Counted from the stretch's first letter, positions 9,987 to 19,733 are shown. The stretch is DNA of 64,000 bases from an uncultured virus (IMG/VR IMGVR_UViG_3300022822_000010) (IMGVR_UViG_3300022822_000010); one strand, 5' to 3'. The notes: a model not told the origin generated them from the letters alone. Made by a program: numbers and translations.

Positions 9987-10110
9987 AGGTATGTTCCAAA
10001 TTATTTAAGTAGACATAATATGAATTCTTAATCGCTACACCTCCTATATTAAAATAAGGCCGCTTTTGCCACGGCCAAGCTTATTATTATAGTCCTTTAT
10101 TGTTATTCAT

Positions 10111-10551
10111 TTAACCTTTAATTAATCCCGGGAAAGCATCAACAACAAGCTTCTTGGTCAACCCCTTATATTTTCCTGTTAGCTTACCGTCTTTCATCAA
10201 TATCAACAAGTCATACTCCTCAGGATGAACGCGCCTAAGTATGCGTAAAAACTCATTTTCGATCGTATGTTTTGGCGTTTTTTGCTCTCCGCTTGTTTTG
10301 ATGAACTTAGGAAAGTTTCCTAGTAACAACGACAGATAAACAGGCCGAGCGCCTTTGAGATCAATTTTCTGAACATCTGGATCACCTGCAGGCAAATTAA
10401 ATTCTAATGATGGATCGAAGCCGCCGCGCAATACTCCCCGCAAAGCGCTGCTATCATTATCCTGTAGAACTTGAATCTTTAACTTCTTATTTTTTGCCTC
10501 GGCAACTGCATCCAATACCGTAAAAATATACTCTTTGTTTAGGGTTGACAT
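10111..10551 (-). CDS. conserved hypothetical T4-like protein downstream of rnh
   Basis: ORF track; LPAGDP...LTKKLVVDAFPGLI pattern seen in marine T4-like phages. Confidence 0.7.
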   Translation of the reverse strand: MSTLNKEYIFTVLDAVAEAKNKKLKIQVLQDNDSSALRGVLRGGFDPSLEFNLPAGDPDVQKIDLKGARPVYLSLLLGNFPKFIKTSGEQKTPKHTIENEFLRILRRVHPEEYDLLILMKDGKLTGKYKGLTKKLVVDAFPGLIKG

Positions 10552-10567
10552 AATATCTCAAATAAGT

Positions 10568-11431
10568 TTAATGAAAATCAGCTACGCAACCTACAAGTAA
10601 GCGGCAGCGGTTCTTGATGAGATAATTAAGTATCTTCATCTTTGAAGCGACTTTGGCCCCTTCAAATCTATTTATAATATCTAACTTTACGGACTCTGGA
10701 GTCTCGGCTAAGTCAATCATGCGTTTATTTCTTAGATAGTTGCGATAAACTTCTTCACCCATAACTGCTTCGAGGTTGTCGAGATTCTGTAACCAAACAT
10801 CGATCTTCTTCTGCGTCAACGGGGTCTGTCTAATGTCATCGACAAATACGTTGTCGCCGTTTAGTACGCTTGGTACGCCATCGCTCGAATCGCCTCTGAA
10901 GACATGCTCATGAAGTTTCAAGTGGGGTTTATCCCAGACAATCATCTTCTTAGTCTTATAAGAATATTGCTTGACGTTAGAATTCTTCTGAAGTTGACCA
11001 AAGTCTTTATCGGACGATATGATCATTACTTCTTCGTGTTGTCCAAACACTTGAGTATAGTCAACGAGTACCCCGATAATATCATCGGCTTCGGCCCCGT
11101 TAAGGCCAACCACTTTCCAATGAAAGTTTTCGGTTATTTCATTAGAGACTTTAGAGATCATACCGAAAGTTTCTTTCCAGTCTATGCCTGATTTAGACTC
11201 TTGCTCAATATCTCGTGAGGCACGTCGTTTATGCTTGTATTGCGGAAAGTCGTTACGTCTCCATGAACCTCCATCGAGACATATAATCATTTCCCCATAA
11301 ACTTTGCGATACTTCTTGTTGTACATACGAAGGCTGTTGAGAATGTTATGTCTCAAGAAGTCTTCGGTGACTGGGCCTTTACAAGTATGTACGTGACCCA
11401 TAACAACGCCTAAGAAATCTACTAATATAAT
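10568..11431 (-). CDS. rnh: RNase H / 5'-3' exonuclease, probable non-AUG start
   Basis: AEADDIIG, ISSDKDFGQL, GDSSDGVP; the in-frame ILVDF N-terminus extends to ATT at 11431. Confidence 0.9.
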   Translation of the reverse strand: MILVDFLGVVMGHVHTCKGPVTEDFLRHNILNSLRMYNKKYRKVYGEMIICLDGGSWRRNDFPQYKHKRRASRDIEQESKSGIDWKETFGMISKVSNEITENFHWKVVGLNGAEADDIIGVLVDYTQVFGQHEEVMIISSDKDFGQLQKNSNVKQYSYKTKKMIVWDKPHLKLHEHVFRGDSSDGVPSVLNGDNVFVDDIRQTPLTQKKIDVWLQNLDNLEAVMGEEVYRNYLRNKRMIDLAETPESVKLDIINRFEGAKVASKMKILNYLIKNRCRLLVGCVADFH

Positions 11432-11510
11432 AATACACCTTCCTTCTTTATCAGTTTAAGTAATTAAGTAACTATTATACTACGATTTCTTTTAAAAGTA
11501 AAGCTTTATT

Positions 11511-11684
11511 TTACAATCCGCGCTTTTTCTTTTCTGCCTTCGCTGCTGCCAACTTCTTTGCTTCAGACGAACCGACTTCTGGTGGATTATCGTCGTATTT
11601 GTAACACATAGCTATAAGTTCTTTGTCAGTCATGGAGACGACCGATTCTGATAACAAACTGCGTATTTCTTTAAATGACTTCAT
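11511..11684 (-). CDS. 57-aa protein with a capsid-targeting-like N-terminus
   Basis: Manual translation MKSFKEIRSLLSESVVSMTDKELIAM...; below the ORF-track cutoff. Confidence 0.6.
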   Translation of the reverse strand: MKSFKEIRSLLSESVVSMTDKELIAMCYKYDDNPPEVGSSEAKKLAAAKAEKKKRGL

Positions 11685-12099
11685 TTTTAATTAATCCTTT
11701 GACGTGATTTGCGTGTAATTTACATCCGATAAATCTATTATAGTATTCATCGGGCTTTAGTAGAACCTCAAACTCAAACTGCAACTTGGCCTCAATGTAT
11801 GATTGCTCACCCTTCGTCGTACACAGATGAAGAATCTCGCGAGTGAATCGATCTTTTCCAGATTCTTCGATCAGGTTAGTAACCCACTCTGAAGAGCCGT
11901 AATAAGTTTTCCAATCGGTTTCAACTATTTTAGTACGTTTACGCTTTTTACCCTTCAAAGGGGGCAGCTTGCGTTTTGATATCAGCCCTTTCTTACCGAT
12001 ATACTTCATACCATTAAAGGTATCAGTTATTTGATATACAAAACCTTGATACTCTCCGATATCTTCAGAAGTGAATTCTTTACCCTTATACATCCACAT
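11671..12099 (-). CDS. GIY-YIG endonuclease (EndoII/DenA-like)
   Basis: GFVYQITDTFNGMKYIGKK, YYGSS, YYN motifs; likely start MWMYK. Confidence 0.8.
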   Translation of the reverse strand: MWMYKGKEFTSEDIGEYQGFVYQITDTFNGMKYIGKKGLISKRKLPPLKGKKRKRTKIVETDWKTYYGSSEWVTNLIEESGKDRFTREILHLCTTKGEQSYIEAKLQFEFEVLLKPDEYYNRFIGCKLHANHVKGLIKNEVI

Positions 12100-12236
12100 T
12101 AGCTGAAATCCAACTCTTCGATTATCTCCTCGCCGCAACAAGGGTGATATCTCACCAAGTCTTCGCTATACTCTTCTAAAATAATGACTGTATATTCAAT
12201 CGAGCATGTTTCGCACTCAACAGTTTTTTCGCTCAT
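12099..12236 (-). CDS. small zinc-ribbon-like protein (45 aa)
   Basis: Manual translation MSEKTVECETC...HPCCGEE; overlaps both neighbours. Confidence 0.6.
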   Translation of the reverse strand: MSEKTVECETCSIEYTVIILEEYSEDLVRYHPCCGEEIIEELDFS

Positions 12237-12484
12237 AAACTCATCCCATTTAGCTCTTTTAAAGCTATCCATTGTTGTAGCTGATCGAAGCCACCGATAT
12301 GTTCATCGGCGCTCCCATCGACTAATTGAGGAAAGGTTTTCCCATCAGGAAACCTACTAATAAAGTCTGCCTTGCTGTAATGACTACCTAGCGAAAACTT
12401 TGTATAGTCATAACCATACTTATCTAGTTCTTCGCAAGCTTTTTTACAGTATCCGCAATCCTCTTTACTCCACATGTAAATCAT
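12233..12484 (-). CDS. nrdC: glutaredoxin
   Basis: CGYC active site, TFPQ, IGGFDQL; follows nrdB. Confidence 0.9.
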   Translation of the reverse strand: MIYMWSKEDCGYCKKACEELDKYGYDYTKFSLGSHYSKADFISRFPDGKTFPQLVDGSADEHIGGFDQLQQWIALKELNGMSL

Positions 12485-13602
12485 AATGTCATACCAGAGA
12501 ATGTGTTTTCATCAACGTCTTGAGTGACCCCACCAAGAACGTAGCTAGATATTTCAGTTTCTTGTGGCGCTACTTGAACCGAGCCACCGCCAATCCATTT
12601 ATCAACCCACGGTAACGGGTTAGACGATCCAACCTGATAAGGAGAAATATAACCTAATGTCCTCATACGCTTTGCGGCGATCCACTCAACATACTCGCCA
12701 AGCAACTTAGCATTTAGGCCGATCATAGATCCGTCCTTAAACAAATACTTAGCCCACTCTTTTTCTTGAGCAACAGCATCGCTAAACATTAAAAGAACCT
12801 CTTCTTCACATTCAACGCGCAACTTAGCGAAATCAGGGTCCTCTTTAACCAACAGCTTTAGTATAGTCTGGCTTCCAGCCAAGTGAGTATTTTCATCACG
12901 CGCGATAAATTTAATTATCTTTGCGTTGCCTTCCATTTTCTTTAACTCAGCAAAAGCCCACGAGCAAGCAAAACTCACGTAAAATCGAACACCTTCTAGA
13001 ATGTTTACGCTGTTAATACATAACCAAAGTTTTTTCTTAAGCTCGCGCTCAGATATAACAATATCCTTACCGTTGACGATATGATTACCAACGCCAAGCA
13101 AGCTATGCCATTTCGAATACTCGATAACATCATCATAGTATTTCGATATGGATTCTGCGCACTGAGTAATCTCAGGAATATCTAACATCTCATCAAATAC
13201 TTTTGATGGGTTCGGGTAGATGTTTCTTATAATATGAGTATACGATCGGCTATGTATAGTCTCAAAGAAAGACCAAGTTTCTATCCAAGCTTCTAGTTCA
13301 GGCAAAGAACAGTCTGGCAATAAAGCCAGAACTGGTGATCTACCTTGAACCGAGTCTAGAACAATCTGACGATACAGATTAGACGTAAACACGTGTTGTT
13401 CAAATGTTACTAGTTTTACAAAGTCGCTACGGTCCTTAGTCACATCAACTTCTTGAGGCAACCAAAAGAACCCTAGCTGCTTCTCAGTCAACTTATCTAG
13501 TATAGGGTACTTGACTTGATCGTATCTAGCAACGTCAACTGGTTCATCAAAGAACATAGCTGACTCAAGATGCGATTTTAATTTTCGTTTAAATACTGCC
13601 AT
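12481..13602 (-). CDS. nrdB: ribonucleotide reductase class Ia beta subunit
   Basis: FFWLPQEV, ETIHSRSY, EGVRFYVSF, DENTH, VAPQETE. Confidence 0.97.
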   Translation of the reverse strand: MAVFKRKLKSHLESAMFFDEPVDVARYDQVKYPILDKLTEKQLGFFWLPQEVDVTKDRSDFVKLVTFEQHVFTSNLYRQIVLDSVQGRSPVLALLPDCSLPELEAWIETWSFFETIHSRSYTHIIRNIYPNPSKVFDEMLDIPEITQCAESISKYYDDVIEYSKWHSLLGVGNHIVNGKDIVISERELKKKLWLCINSVNILEGVRFYVSFACSWAFAELKKMEGNAKIIKFIARDENTHLAGSQTILKLLVKEDPDFAKLRVECEEEVLLMFSDAVAQEKEWAKYLFKDGSMIGLNAKLLGEYVEWIAAKRMRTLGYISPYQVGSSNPLPWVDKWIGGGSVQVAPQETEISSYVLGGVTQDVDENTFSGMTL

Positions 13603-13611
13603 TTTAAAGCC

Positions 13612-15933
13612 TTATATGTGGCAAGAGTCGCAATCTTCTTCGTCGTCGATCTCGCTAGGTAATTCGGATTCATATTCTATTTCGCCTGACTGATCAAAAG
13701 TGTTATTATAATATAACAACTTGCCGCCAAACTTATAAAAATTAATCAAGTCTTTCATTAACTGACTCATCGGAACCTTACCATCTGGGAAGTGGGCAGG
13801 GTTATATGAAGTATTCACGGAAATAGCTTGATCAACATATTTTTGAAACACTGCCATGATATTTAAGTATCCCTCTGGCGTTTTATGATCCCATAGCAAG
13901 TGGTATTTATTTTTTAATTTATGATACCCCGGGACCACCTGAGCCATCACTCCATCTTTAGATTGCTTATATGAAACAAGCGCTCTTGGCGCTTCGACGC
14001 CGTTCGTAGAGTTACTTATAATAGCAGAAGTTTCAGCAGGCATAAGCGCCATCAGGGTAGAGTTTCTGATTCCAGTATCTTTCAACTGCTCTCTTAGTCC
14101 AGACCAATCCATACGCTCATTATTAGGAATAAGCATATCGACTTCTTTCTTGTAAGTCATATTTGGCGTAACGCCAAGACTATATTTAGTTTGGTTATTT
14201 AACGGACAAGCGCCCTTCTCAGCAGCTAGGTCAGCAGAAGCTTTGATCAAGTAATAAGACCAAGCTTCTGCGTACTCGTCAACAGTCTCTAGAGCGCCAG
14301 CGTCGTACTTTAAACCACGTTTAGCCAAGAAATAAGCAAGGTTTATAACTCCCACGCCTAATGGACGACGATTCTTGGTAGATATCTCTGCTGCGATTAT
14401 AGGATAATCTTGATAATCTAATAAAGCATCTAGGCCCCGAACAGCAAGTGCGCAATACTTTTCGAAGTCTTTAGGGTCGTTGATCATACCCCAATTAATA
14501 GCGCTCAAAGTACATAACGAGATTTCACCATTAGGGTCATTGATGTCATTTAACGGCTTGGTTGGAAGCGTGATCTCAGTACATAGGTTGGATTGTCGAA
14601 TGACTGCTAAAGCGGTAATAAACGAACTATGGTCATTACAGTGATCAACGTTCATTACATACATTCTGCCTGTGTCTTTTCGTTGAGTCAAGAAAGTATT
14701 GAACAATTCGATAGCAGGCATATAATCTCTAGCAGCAACCGACTTTCTACGGATAGATTTATCATTCTCGTACTTGACATAAAGACGCTTGAACTCTACT
14801 TGATCAGCAAAGAATGCTTCATACAATCCTGGCACGTCACTAGGCGAGAACAAAGTGATATCGCCGCCCGTTAATAAGCGCTCATACATTAGCTTATTGA
14901 ACTGAAACGCATAATCCATATGACGCACGCGAGTCTCTTCTGTACCTTTACTATTCTTCAATACAACAAGGCTTTCAAACTCGATATGCCAAGCAGGAAG
15001 GTATACGGTAGCCGCTCCACCCCGAACTCCGCCTTGACTACAGCTTTTTACCGACGCTTGGAATAGTTTCAGGAATGGAATCACGCCCGTATGGACGACA
15101 CTACCGTCACCTATCTTCGAGCCAATACCGCGTATAGCACCAGCATTGATGCCTATACCAGCTTTCTTTGAGATATACTTAACGATAGCAGACGATGTAG
15201 CATTAATTGAATCGAGGCTGTCGCCAGACTCTATTAAGACGCAAGAACTAAACTGTCGCGTCGGTGTTCGTACTGCTGCCATGATAGGCGTAGGCAAAGA
15301 TATATGAAACGTCGAAATCGCATCATAGAATTCTTTGACATAAGCCATTCTAGTATCTTTAGGGTAAGCGCCAAACAATGTCGCGCTTATCATCATGTAT
15401 GCTATCTGCGGGGTCTCGAATAACCGACCTGTTGAACGATCTTGGACTAAGTATTTGCCTCGAAACTGTTCCATAGCAGCATAAGTGAATAGCTCATCGC
15501 GGCTGTGTTTGATAAAGCTTTCAAGCTCGTTTATTTCATAATCGGAATATAAACCAAGAGTGCCTATATGATTATAGAACTCTTTGTCGTATACACCAAG
15601 CTCAATATTAAGTTTGATTACCTCTTTGATGTGTGGCGGCTCGAATGCGCCGTATATTTCCTTGCGTAGCTTATAGTTAATAAGACGCGCAGCAACATAC
15701 TGGTAATTTGGAGTATGTTCGCTTATTAAGTCTGCGCTGGATTTGATTAATAGTTCATGTATAGACTTTGCTGTTATCTCATCATACAGCTGAACATTAG
15801 CTTTCATTTCAATTTCAGATATCGATACCCCGTTAATACCTTCTGTTGCCCATTCTAAGACTTTATGTACTTTCTCAAGGTCGAAAGATTCGCGCGAACC
15901 ATTGCGCTTAGTGATTGATATCGCTTTAACCAT
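13612..15933 (-). CDS. nrdA: ribonucleotide reductase class Ia alpha subunit
   Basis: ATP cone, RQFSSC, SNLCTEI, C-terminal CDSC. Confidence 0.98.
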   Translation of the reverse strand: MVKAISITKRNGSRESFDLEKVHKVLEWATEGINGVSISEIEMKANVQLYDEITAKSIHELLIKSSADLISEHTPNYQYVAARLINYKLRKEIYGAFEPPHIKEVIKLNIELGVYDKEFYNHIGTLGLYSDYEINELESFIKHSRDELFTYAAMEQFRGKYLVQDRSTGRLFETPQIAYMMISATLFGAYPKDTRMAYVKEFYDAISTFHISLPTPIMAAVRTPTRQFSSCVLIESGDSLDSINATSSAIVKYISKKAGIGINAGAIRGIGSKIGDGSVVHTGVIPFLKLFQASVKSCSQGGVRGGAATVYLPAWHIEFESLVVLKNSKGTEETRVRHMDYAFQFNKLMYERLLTGGDITLFSPSDVPGLYEAFFADQVEFKRLYVKYENDKSIRRKSVAARDYMPAIELFNTFLTQRKDTGRMYVMNVDHCNDHSSFITALAVIRQSNLCTEITLPTKPLNDINDPNGEISLCTLSAINWGMINDPKDFEKYCALAVRGLDALLDYQDYPIIAAEISTKNRRPLGVGVINLAYFLAKRGLKYDAGALETVDEYAEAWSYYLIKASADLAAEKGACPLNNQTKYSLGVTPNMTYKKEVDMLIPNNERMDWSGLREQLKDTGIRNSTLMALMPAETSAIISNSTNGVEAPRALVSYKQSKDGVMAQVVPGYHKLKNKYHLLWDHKTPEGYLNIMAVFQKYVDQAISVNTSYNPAHFPDGKVPMSQLMKDLINFYKFGGKLLYYNNTFDQSGEIEYESELPSEIDDEEDCDSCHI

Positions 15934-15994
15934 ATTTTAGTTTCTCTGTTGTTTTATTTATATAAGTACGTATTATACCTTATATGCAGACAAA

Positions 15995-16084
15995 AGTAAA
16001 GCCTTATTTAATTAAAAATAAAGCTTGACTTTATGAGTAAAATAGGTTATAATAAGGAACCCCGCCGCAGCCAGAGTAGTAGTA
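15995..16084. repeat. 90-bp perfect direct repeat, copy 1 (divergent promoter element)
   Basis: Identical to 54182-54271; contains a plus-strand TTGACT-N17-TATAAT (16025-16053) and the -35 of the minus-strand nrdA promoter. Confidence 0.93.
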
Positions 16085-16160
16085 TTATTTTGGAGTATTA
16101 CTTTCTGTTACAGCTCTAGGTAGTATCCCTTCGGGATTAAACCGTAGGTTTAGACTTACG

Positions 16161-16622
16161 TTATTTACTGTTTCTTTTATACTTATCAATAGCTCGTCCA
16201 CCAAACCAAAATGCCATAACTGACGCGAATAATGCGCTAGTCTCTGGGTCCCATACAGACGCTATTGCCGTACTGACATCATTAGATTCTAGAGCCACTA
16301 ACAAGGACGATACTTTTACTGCTACGAATAGACTAAAGAAAGCGTATGTAATTACGGGTCTTACAGACTTACTTAGGCCACCAAAGAATCCTTTACTCTG
16401 TTGTAGAGAAATATCGTGGGATATTAATCTACTATGTTCGCTATCCGTAGCTTTTTCTGACCAAGCTGCCAGATCTTGAATCTTTCCTTCTTTAACTAGT
16501 TCGCCACCAACCTTCAGTATTTCTAGTTTAGTCTTGTTGTCCTCTTTAGTCTTAAAGTGATCTATAACTGAGGGTACGGCTGACCCTGCGAAGCCTATCA
16601 AAGCGCCTATTAGTGATATCAT
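16161..16622 (-). CDS. putative holin (3TM holin-like)
   Basis: Hydrophobic segments; SVRPVITY...FWFGGR motif; basic C-terminus. Confidence 0.65.
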   Translation of the reverse strand: MISLIGALIGFAGSAVPSVIDHFKTKEDNKTKLEILKVGGELVKEGKIQDLAAWSEKATDSEHSRLISHDISLQQSKGFFGGLSKSVRPVITYAFFSLFVAVKVSSLLVALESNDVSTAIASVWDPETSALFASVMAFWFGGRAIDKYKRNSK

Positions 16623-17146
16623 TATTTAGTTCCTTTGTTTCGACGATACATCGACTCTGTATCATATTTATTTCGTCTATCTCGTTTCTTGAATCCATTA
16701 GGGTTCATATCGATATTACCCGAAGCAACTGATGTCGAAGGAGCCTCTTCGTCAACGTCTTCGTATTGAATAACTTTGCTTGTCGTTTTAAAGTCTTTTT
16801 TGCGCATGATAGTTTTGTTGATGATCTCGTACTCGTCTTTATTTCTATCATACCTAACAACTATTGGTAGATTAAGGTCAGATTGGATATCTTTCAATAC
16901 AACGTCGTCGCCTGCGTTTTGCTTTATACCCTTCGCTTTTCTTTTAGCTATTTTCTTAAATAACTTTTGAATCTCGGCAACGCTGATATTAGGGTTGTTT
17001 CTACTATCATTCATACGATCAGCAAAGTGACGCGAGAACTCTACATCTACATCGAACTTATCTAGCAATCGATCGGCGAACTTCTCAAGGTCTTGAATTT
17101 GTTTTTGAGTGACCTCCTCTCTCATAAAGGTCTTAAAAGATTTCAT
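16622..17146 (-). CDS. putative internal virion protein, possibly RNase-fold
   Basis: N-terminus MKSFKTFMREE; FSRHFADR motif. Confidence 0.6.
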   Translation of the reverse strand: MKSFKTFMREEVTQKQIQDLEKFADRLLDKFDVDVEFSRHFADRMNDSRNNPNISVAEIQKLFKKIAKRKAKGIKQNAGDDVVLKDIQSDLNLPIVVRYDRNKDEYEIINKTIMRKKDFKTTSKVIQYEDVDEEAPSTSVASGNIDMNPNGFKKRDRRNKYDTESMYRRNKGTK

Positions 17147-17697
17147 TAAGCTGCGTGCCCCATTATGATTGGTTCAAGTTCTTGTATTAACCTAAACTTG
17201 TTAGGGTGTTTTTTAAATGCTGATCTGGCGGTTTTCTTTAATTCACCAAACACTTTTTTGAGTCTTTCTGCGTGATCTTTACCCTTAATTGCTGATCCAT
17301 GAATATTAGCCGCGACTTCCCAACCAGTCAAGGCATCGATCATATGTATTGGTCCGGTCAATAGATGAAGCGTCATAACATCTATCTTTAGCAGAAAATC
17401 GACAAACTGCGACCTAGACATAGAATTAGCTATTTCTGATACTTTTTTCTTATCTCCTTTAACAGCAGCAATGATTAATCTACCAGCCCCCGCCGAGAAC
17501 TTAGCAAGGTATGATATTAACCCATCATTGCGCTCGTCGTGTAGCCCGATCGCCTTCAATATACTAGATAAATCTTCTGATAAGAAATCGTTGCCCTCGT
17601 TCAGATCATCGTTGTGCTCTACCACGAATGCTAGTTTTACCATTGATACACAAGCATCGCGGGAGTCTTCGCTCATATATTCATTAAACGTCTTCAT
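17146..17697 (-). CDS. putative internal virion protein
   Basis: N-terminus MKTFNEYMSE. Confidence 0.6.
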   Translation of the reverse strand: MKTFNEYMSEDSRDACVSMVKLAFVVEHNDDLNEGNDFLSEDLSSILKAIGLHDERNDGLISYLAKFSAGAGRLIIAAVKGDKKKVSEIANSMSRSQFVDFLLKIDVMTLHLLTGPIHMIDALTGWEVAANIHGSAIKGKDHAERLKKVFGELKKTARSAFKKHPNKFRLIQELEPIIMGHAA

Positions 17698-18284
17698 CTT
17701 GATATATCCTTAGATGTTACTATTAGTTTTAATTTTGTTGCTTTGTGTATGACTTCGTATACTGGACAACCGCATATCTCGCCTACTGGCTTTCCATCAG
17801 ATTCTACCGAAACCCTAGAGTTTTTACGCGCAGCTAATTCTCCTGTGATAGGTGATACGCAATCTACTAGTAGATTATATGAACCGCTTGATAGTCTATT
17901 TCCTTCTATCACAAACCAATCTAAATCTTCTTGCAGATCATCTTCTCTATCTATACCCATTTCGCTGAGTATATGATCGATCTGATCATCATCTAAGCCT
18001 GCTTCTTCTTTTAGTAAATAGAGGGCTGCGGCATAAGAAGCTATCCTAGTTTTACCAAACGGCAGCTTCTCTAGTATTCGTTTGATGTTAAAGGCGAGTC
18101 GATCGAAAATCGTATATGCTGCTTTTTCTTCAGAAGTTTTTAAGTCGCGCGACTTCTTTAACACTTTACCGTCGGCGTCGATTATACCTAACTCGAATGC
18201 CTCCATGTCTTCCCATTTCTGGGTGAGCTTTCTGAGAAATTTGAATGTGAAGTAGGCATTAGCAGCCGTTGATATTATACCCAT
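17694..18284 (-). CDS. conserved hypothetical T4-like protein
   Basis: AFELGIIDADGKVLK...FDRLAFNIKRILEK pattern. Confidence 0.7.
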   Translation of the reverse strand: MGIISTAANAYFTFKFLRKLTQKWEDMEAFELGIIDADGKVLKKSRDLKTSEEKAAYTIFDRLAFNIKRILEKLPFGKTRIASYAAALYLLKEEAGLDDDQIDHILSEMGIDREDDLQEDLDWFVIEGNRLSSGSYNLLVDCVSPITGELAARKNSRVSVESDGKPVGEICGCPVYEVIHKATKLKLIVTSKDISR

Positions 18285-18652
18285 TATATTTCCTTTAGAG
18301 CATTGGTGATTTTAGCATCAACTGGTATCGACGGTAGTGCGCTATCTTCTAAATACCCGAGGTATGATATGAATGTCTTTAAATACGACCATTGCGACTT
18401 ATCTATTTTAAAAAATAACATTTTGTGAGCGCCCTCGATACCAAAAACGTTGTATATCACAATCAAGTGATTAAGTATGAGTCGTTCTCTTAGATCGCCT
18501 TCGTCTTGATATCTGTTCAATAACCTTTTAAGGTATTTAATCCTATTCAGATCTTGGTAGAATTCTTCTGTACTCTCGCAACAGGGGTTGTCGTATACGT
18601 GGGTGGCGTACATAACAAAGTTGTTATGATCGATGGTATCGAATATTTTCAT
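18284..18652 (-). CDS. conserved hypothetical T4-like protein
   Basis: YDNPCC..EEFYQDLNRIKYLKRLL...ERLILNHLI pattern. Confidence 0.7.
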   Translation of the reverse strand: MKIFDTIDHNNFVMYATHVYDNPCCESTEEFYQDLNRIKYLKRLLNRYQDEGDLRERLILNHLIVIYNVFGIEGAHKMLFFKIDKSQWSYLKTFISYLGYLEDSALPSIPVDAKITNALKEI

Positions 18653-18679
18653 AAATAGCCTTATATATTAATTATAAAA

Positions 18680-18952
18680 CTATTTATCTACTTTCTTTTT
18701 AGCCGCCTTCTTAGCAGCTCTTTCGGCTTTCTTTTTCTCAGCATCGGATACTTTTTCTAAAACAAGCGCTTCTGGTTTCGGATGATACTCATCTTTCGGT
18801 TCAACGTCTTGAGTTGGCTCGTCTGCTTCAACGCCGTTCCACTCGTCTTGCTGCGCTTGCGATAGCTTAACGCTTTTGAGATTCTCGCCGTTCGCTGCGA
18901 AATACCCATTAGCTTTAGCGGTTGCGTGTTTTAGATATGTTGGCTTGTTCAT
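18680..18952 (-). CDS. hypothetical Lys/Ala-rich-tail protein
   Basis: ORF track, late cluster. Confidence 0.6.
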   Translation of the reverse strand: MNKPTYLKHATAKANGYFAANGENLKSVKLSQAQQDEWNGVEADEPTQDVEPKDEYHPKPEALVLEKVSDAEKKKAERAAKKAAKKKVDK

Positions 18953-18956
18953 AATG

Positions 18957-19697
18957 TTACCTTTTGTTAGTTAATTCATTGACTAAATCGCGCAGAGTTT
19001 TTGATCGAATTCTTGATTCAGCAACTTCGTCGTCGGCTTCCCAATTCGCATCTACATAGTCATAAAATTCTTTTTCTTTATCGCCTTTAAGCTGATCTGG
19101 CTCTGTTACACCAAACTTCTTCATCGCAGCAGTGAAAAACTTCTTATATGCTTCTTTGTCACCAGACGCTTCTTTGATGACATAACCCTTTTTCTTGGCT
19201 ACGCCGATACGCATAGCAGAGTTAGCGCCTTTCTTTAACTTAGGGGAGGCATTTTGATTTTTTAGAGCTTTGCTGTACCCGATAACATGATCTTTACTTG
19301 GCATATCGCTAACGCCTGTTCTATTGATATGCACCCAATCATCTTCGCCGAATGCTTCTTGGAAATCCGATAAGTTACCTTTGTTACGCTTTAACTGACC
19401 ATCTTGGTCAAACCCGCGATCAGCATCTTTGGTTTTTGCCTTAGCTTTCTTGGCATCAGCTTCGCGATTTTCTTTCGCGCCTTCTGACACTTTCTGTTTC
19501 TTTTCTGGAATTGCTTTAGGTTTAACCTCACCCTCACCATCATTAGGCTTGATCGCTGCTGGGTCCCCTTTTGCTTTTTCTTTAGGCACATTTTCGTCAC
19601 CGTCAGTGTCTGCTTCAGTTTCGTTTTCTGATTTGGTCTTGATCTTTAGCTCTTCTGCTAGCAACATTGATCGATATGCTTCTGATATTGTAGTCAT
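18957..19697 (-). CDS. charged low-complexity putative internal/head protein
   Basis: ISEAYRSMLLAEE N-terminus; several xxE sites; C-terminal EAYKKFF...FYDYVDANW module. Confidence 0.6.
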   Translation of the reverse strand: MTTISEAYRSMLLAEELKIKTKSENETEADTDGDENVPKEKAKGDPAAIKPNDGEGEVKPKAIPEKKQKVSEGAKENREADAKKAKAKTKDADRGFDQDGQLKRNKGNLSDFQEAFGEDDWVHINRTGVSDMPSKDHVIGYSKALKNQNASPKLKKGANSAMRIGVAKKKGYVIKEASGDKEAYKKFFTAAMKKFGVTEPDQLKGDKEKEFYDYVDANWEADDEVAESRIRSKTLRDLVNELTNKR

Positions 19698-19733
19698 TAT
19701 GTTTCCTAGTATTAATTACGTTTTATGAATTTG

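Noticed and set aside
10669..10676. TATAAATA inside the 3' end of rnh (another overlaps the nrdA leader at 15955)
   Set aside because: An AT-rich octamer can occur by chance and the downstream genes are not clearly late; not called without expression data.
12481..15933. Introns or inteins in nrdA/nrdB (also checked genes 43, 41 and uvsX)
   Set aside because: The ORFs are continuous and of ordinary length, with no intein or intron signatures visible.
16085..16110. Possible antisense pairing of the copy-1 RNA with the gene 55 leader (AGTATTACT)
   Set aside because: The match is short and AT-rich, needs several G-U pairs, and partly lies upstream of the predicted TSS, so it is compatible with chance.
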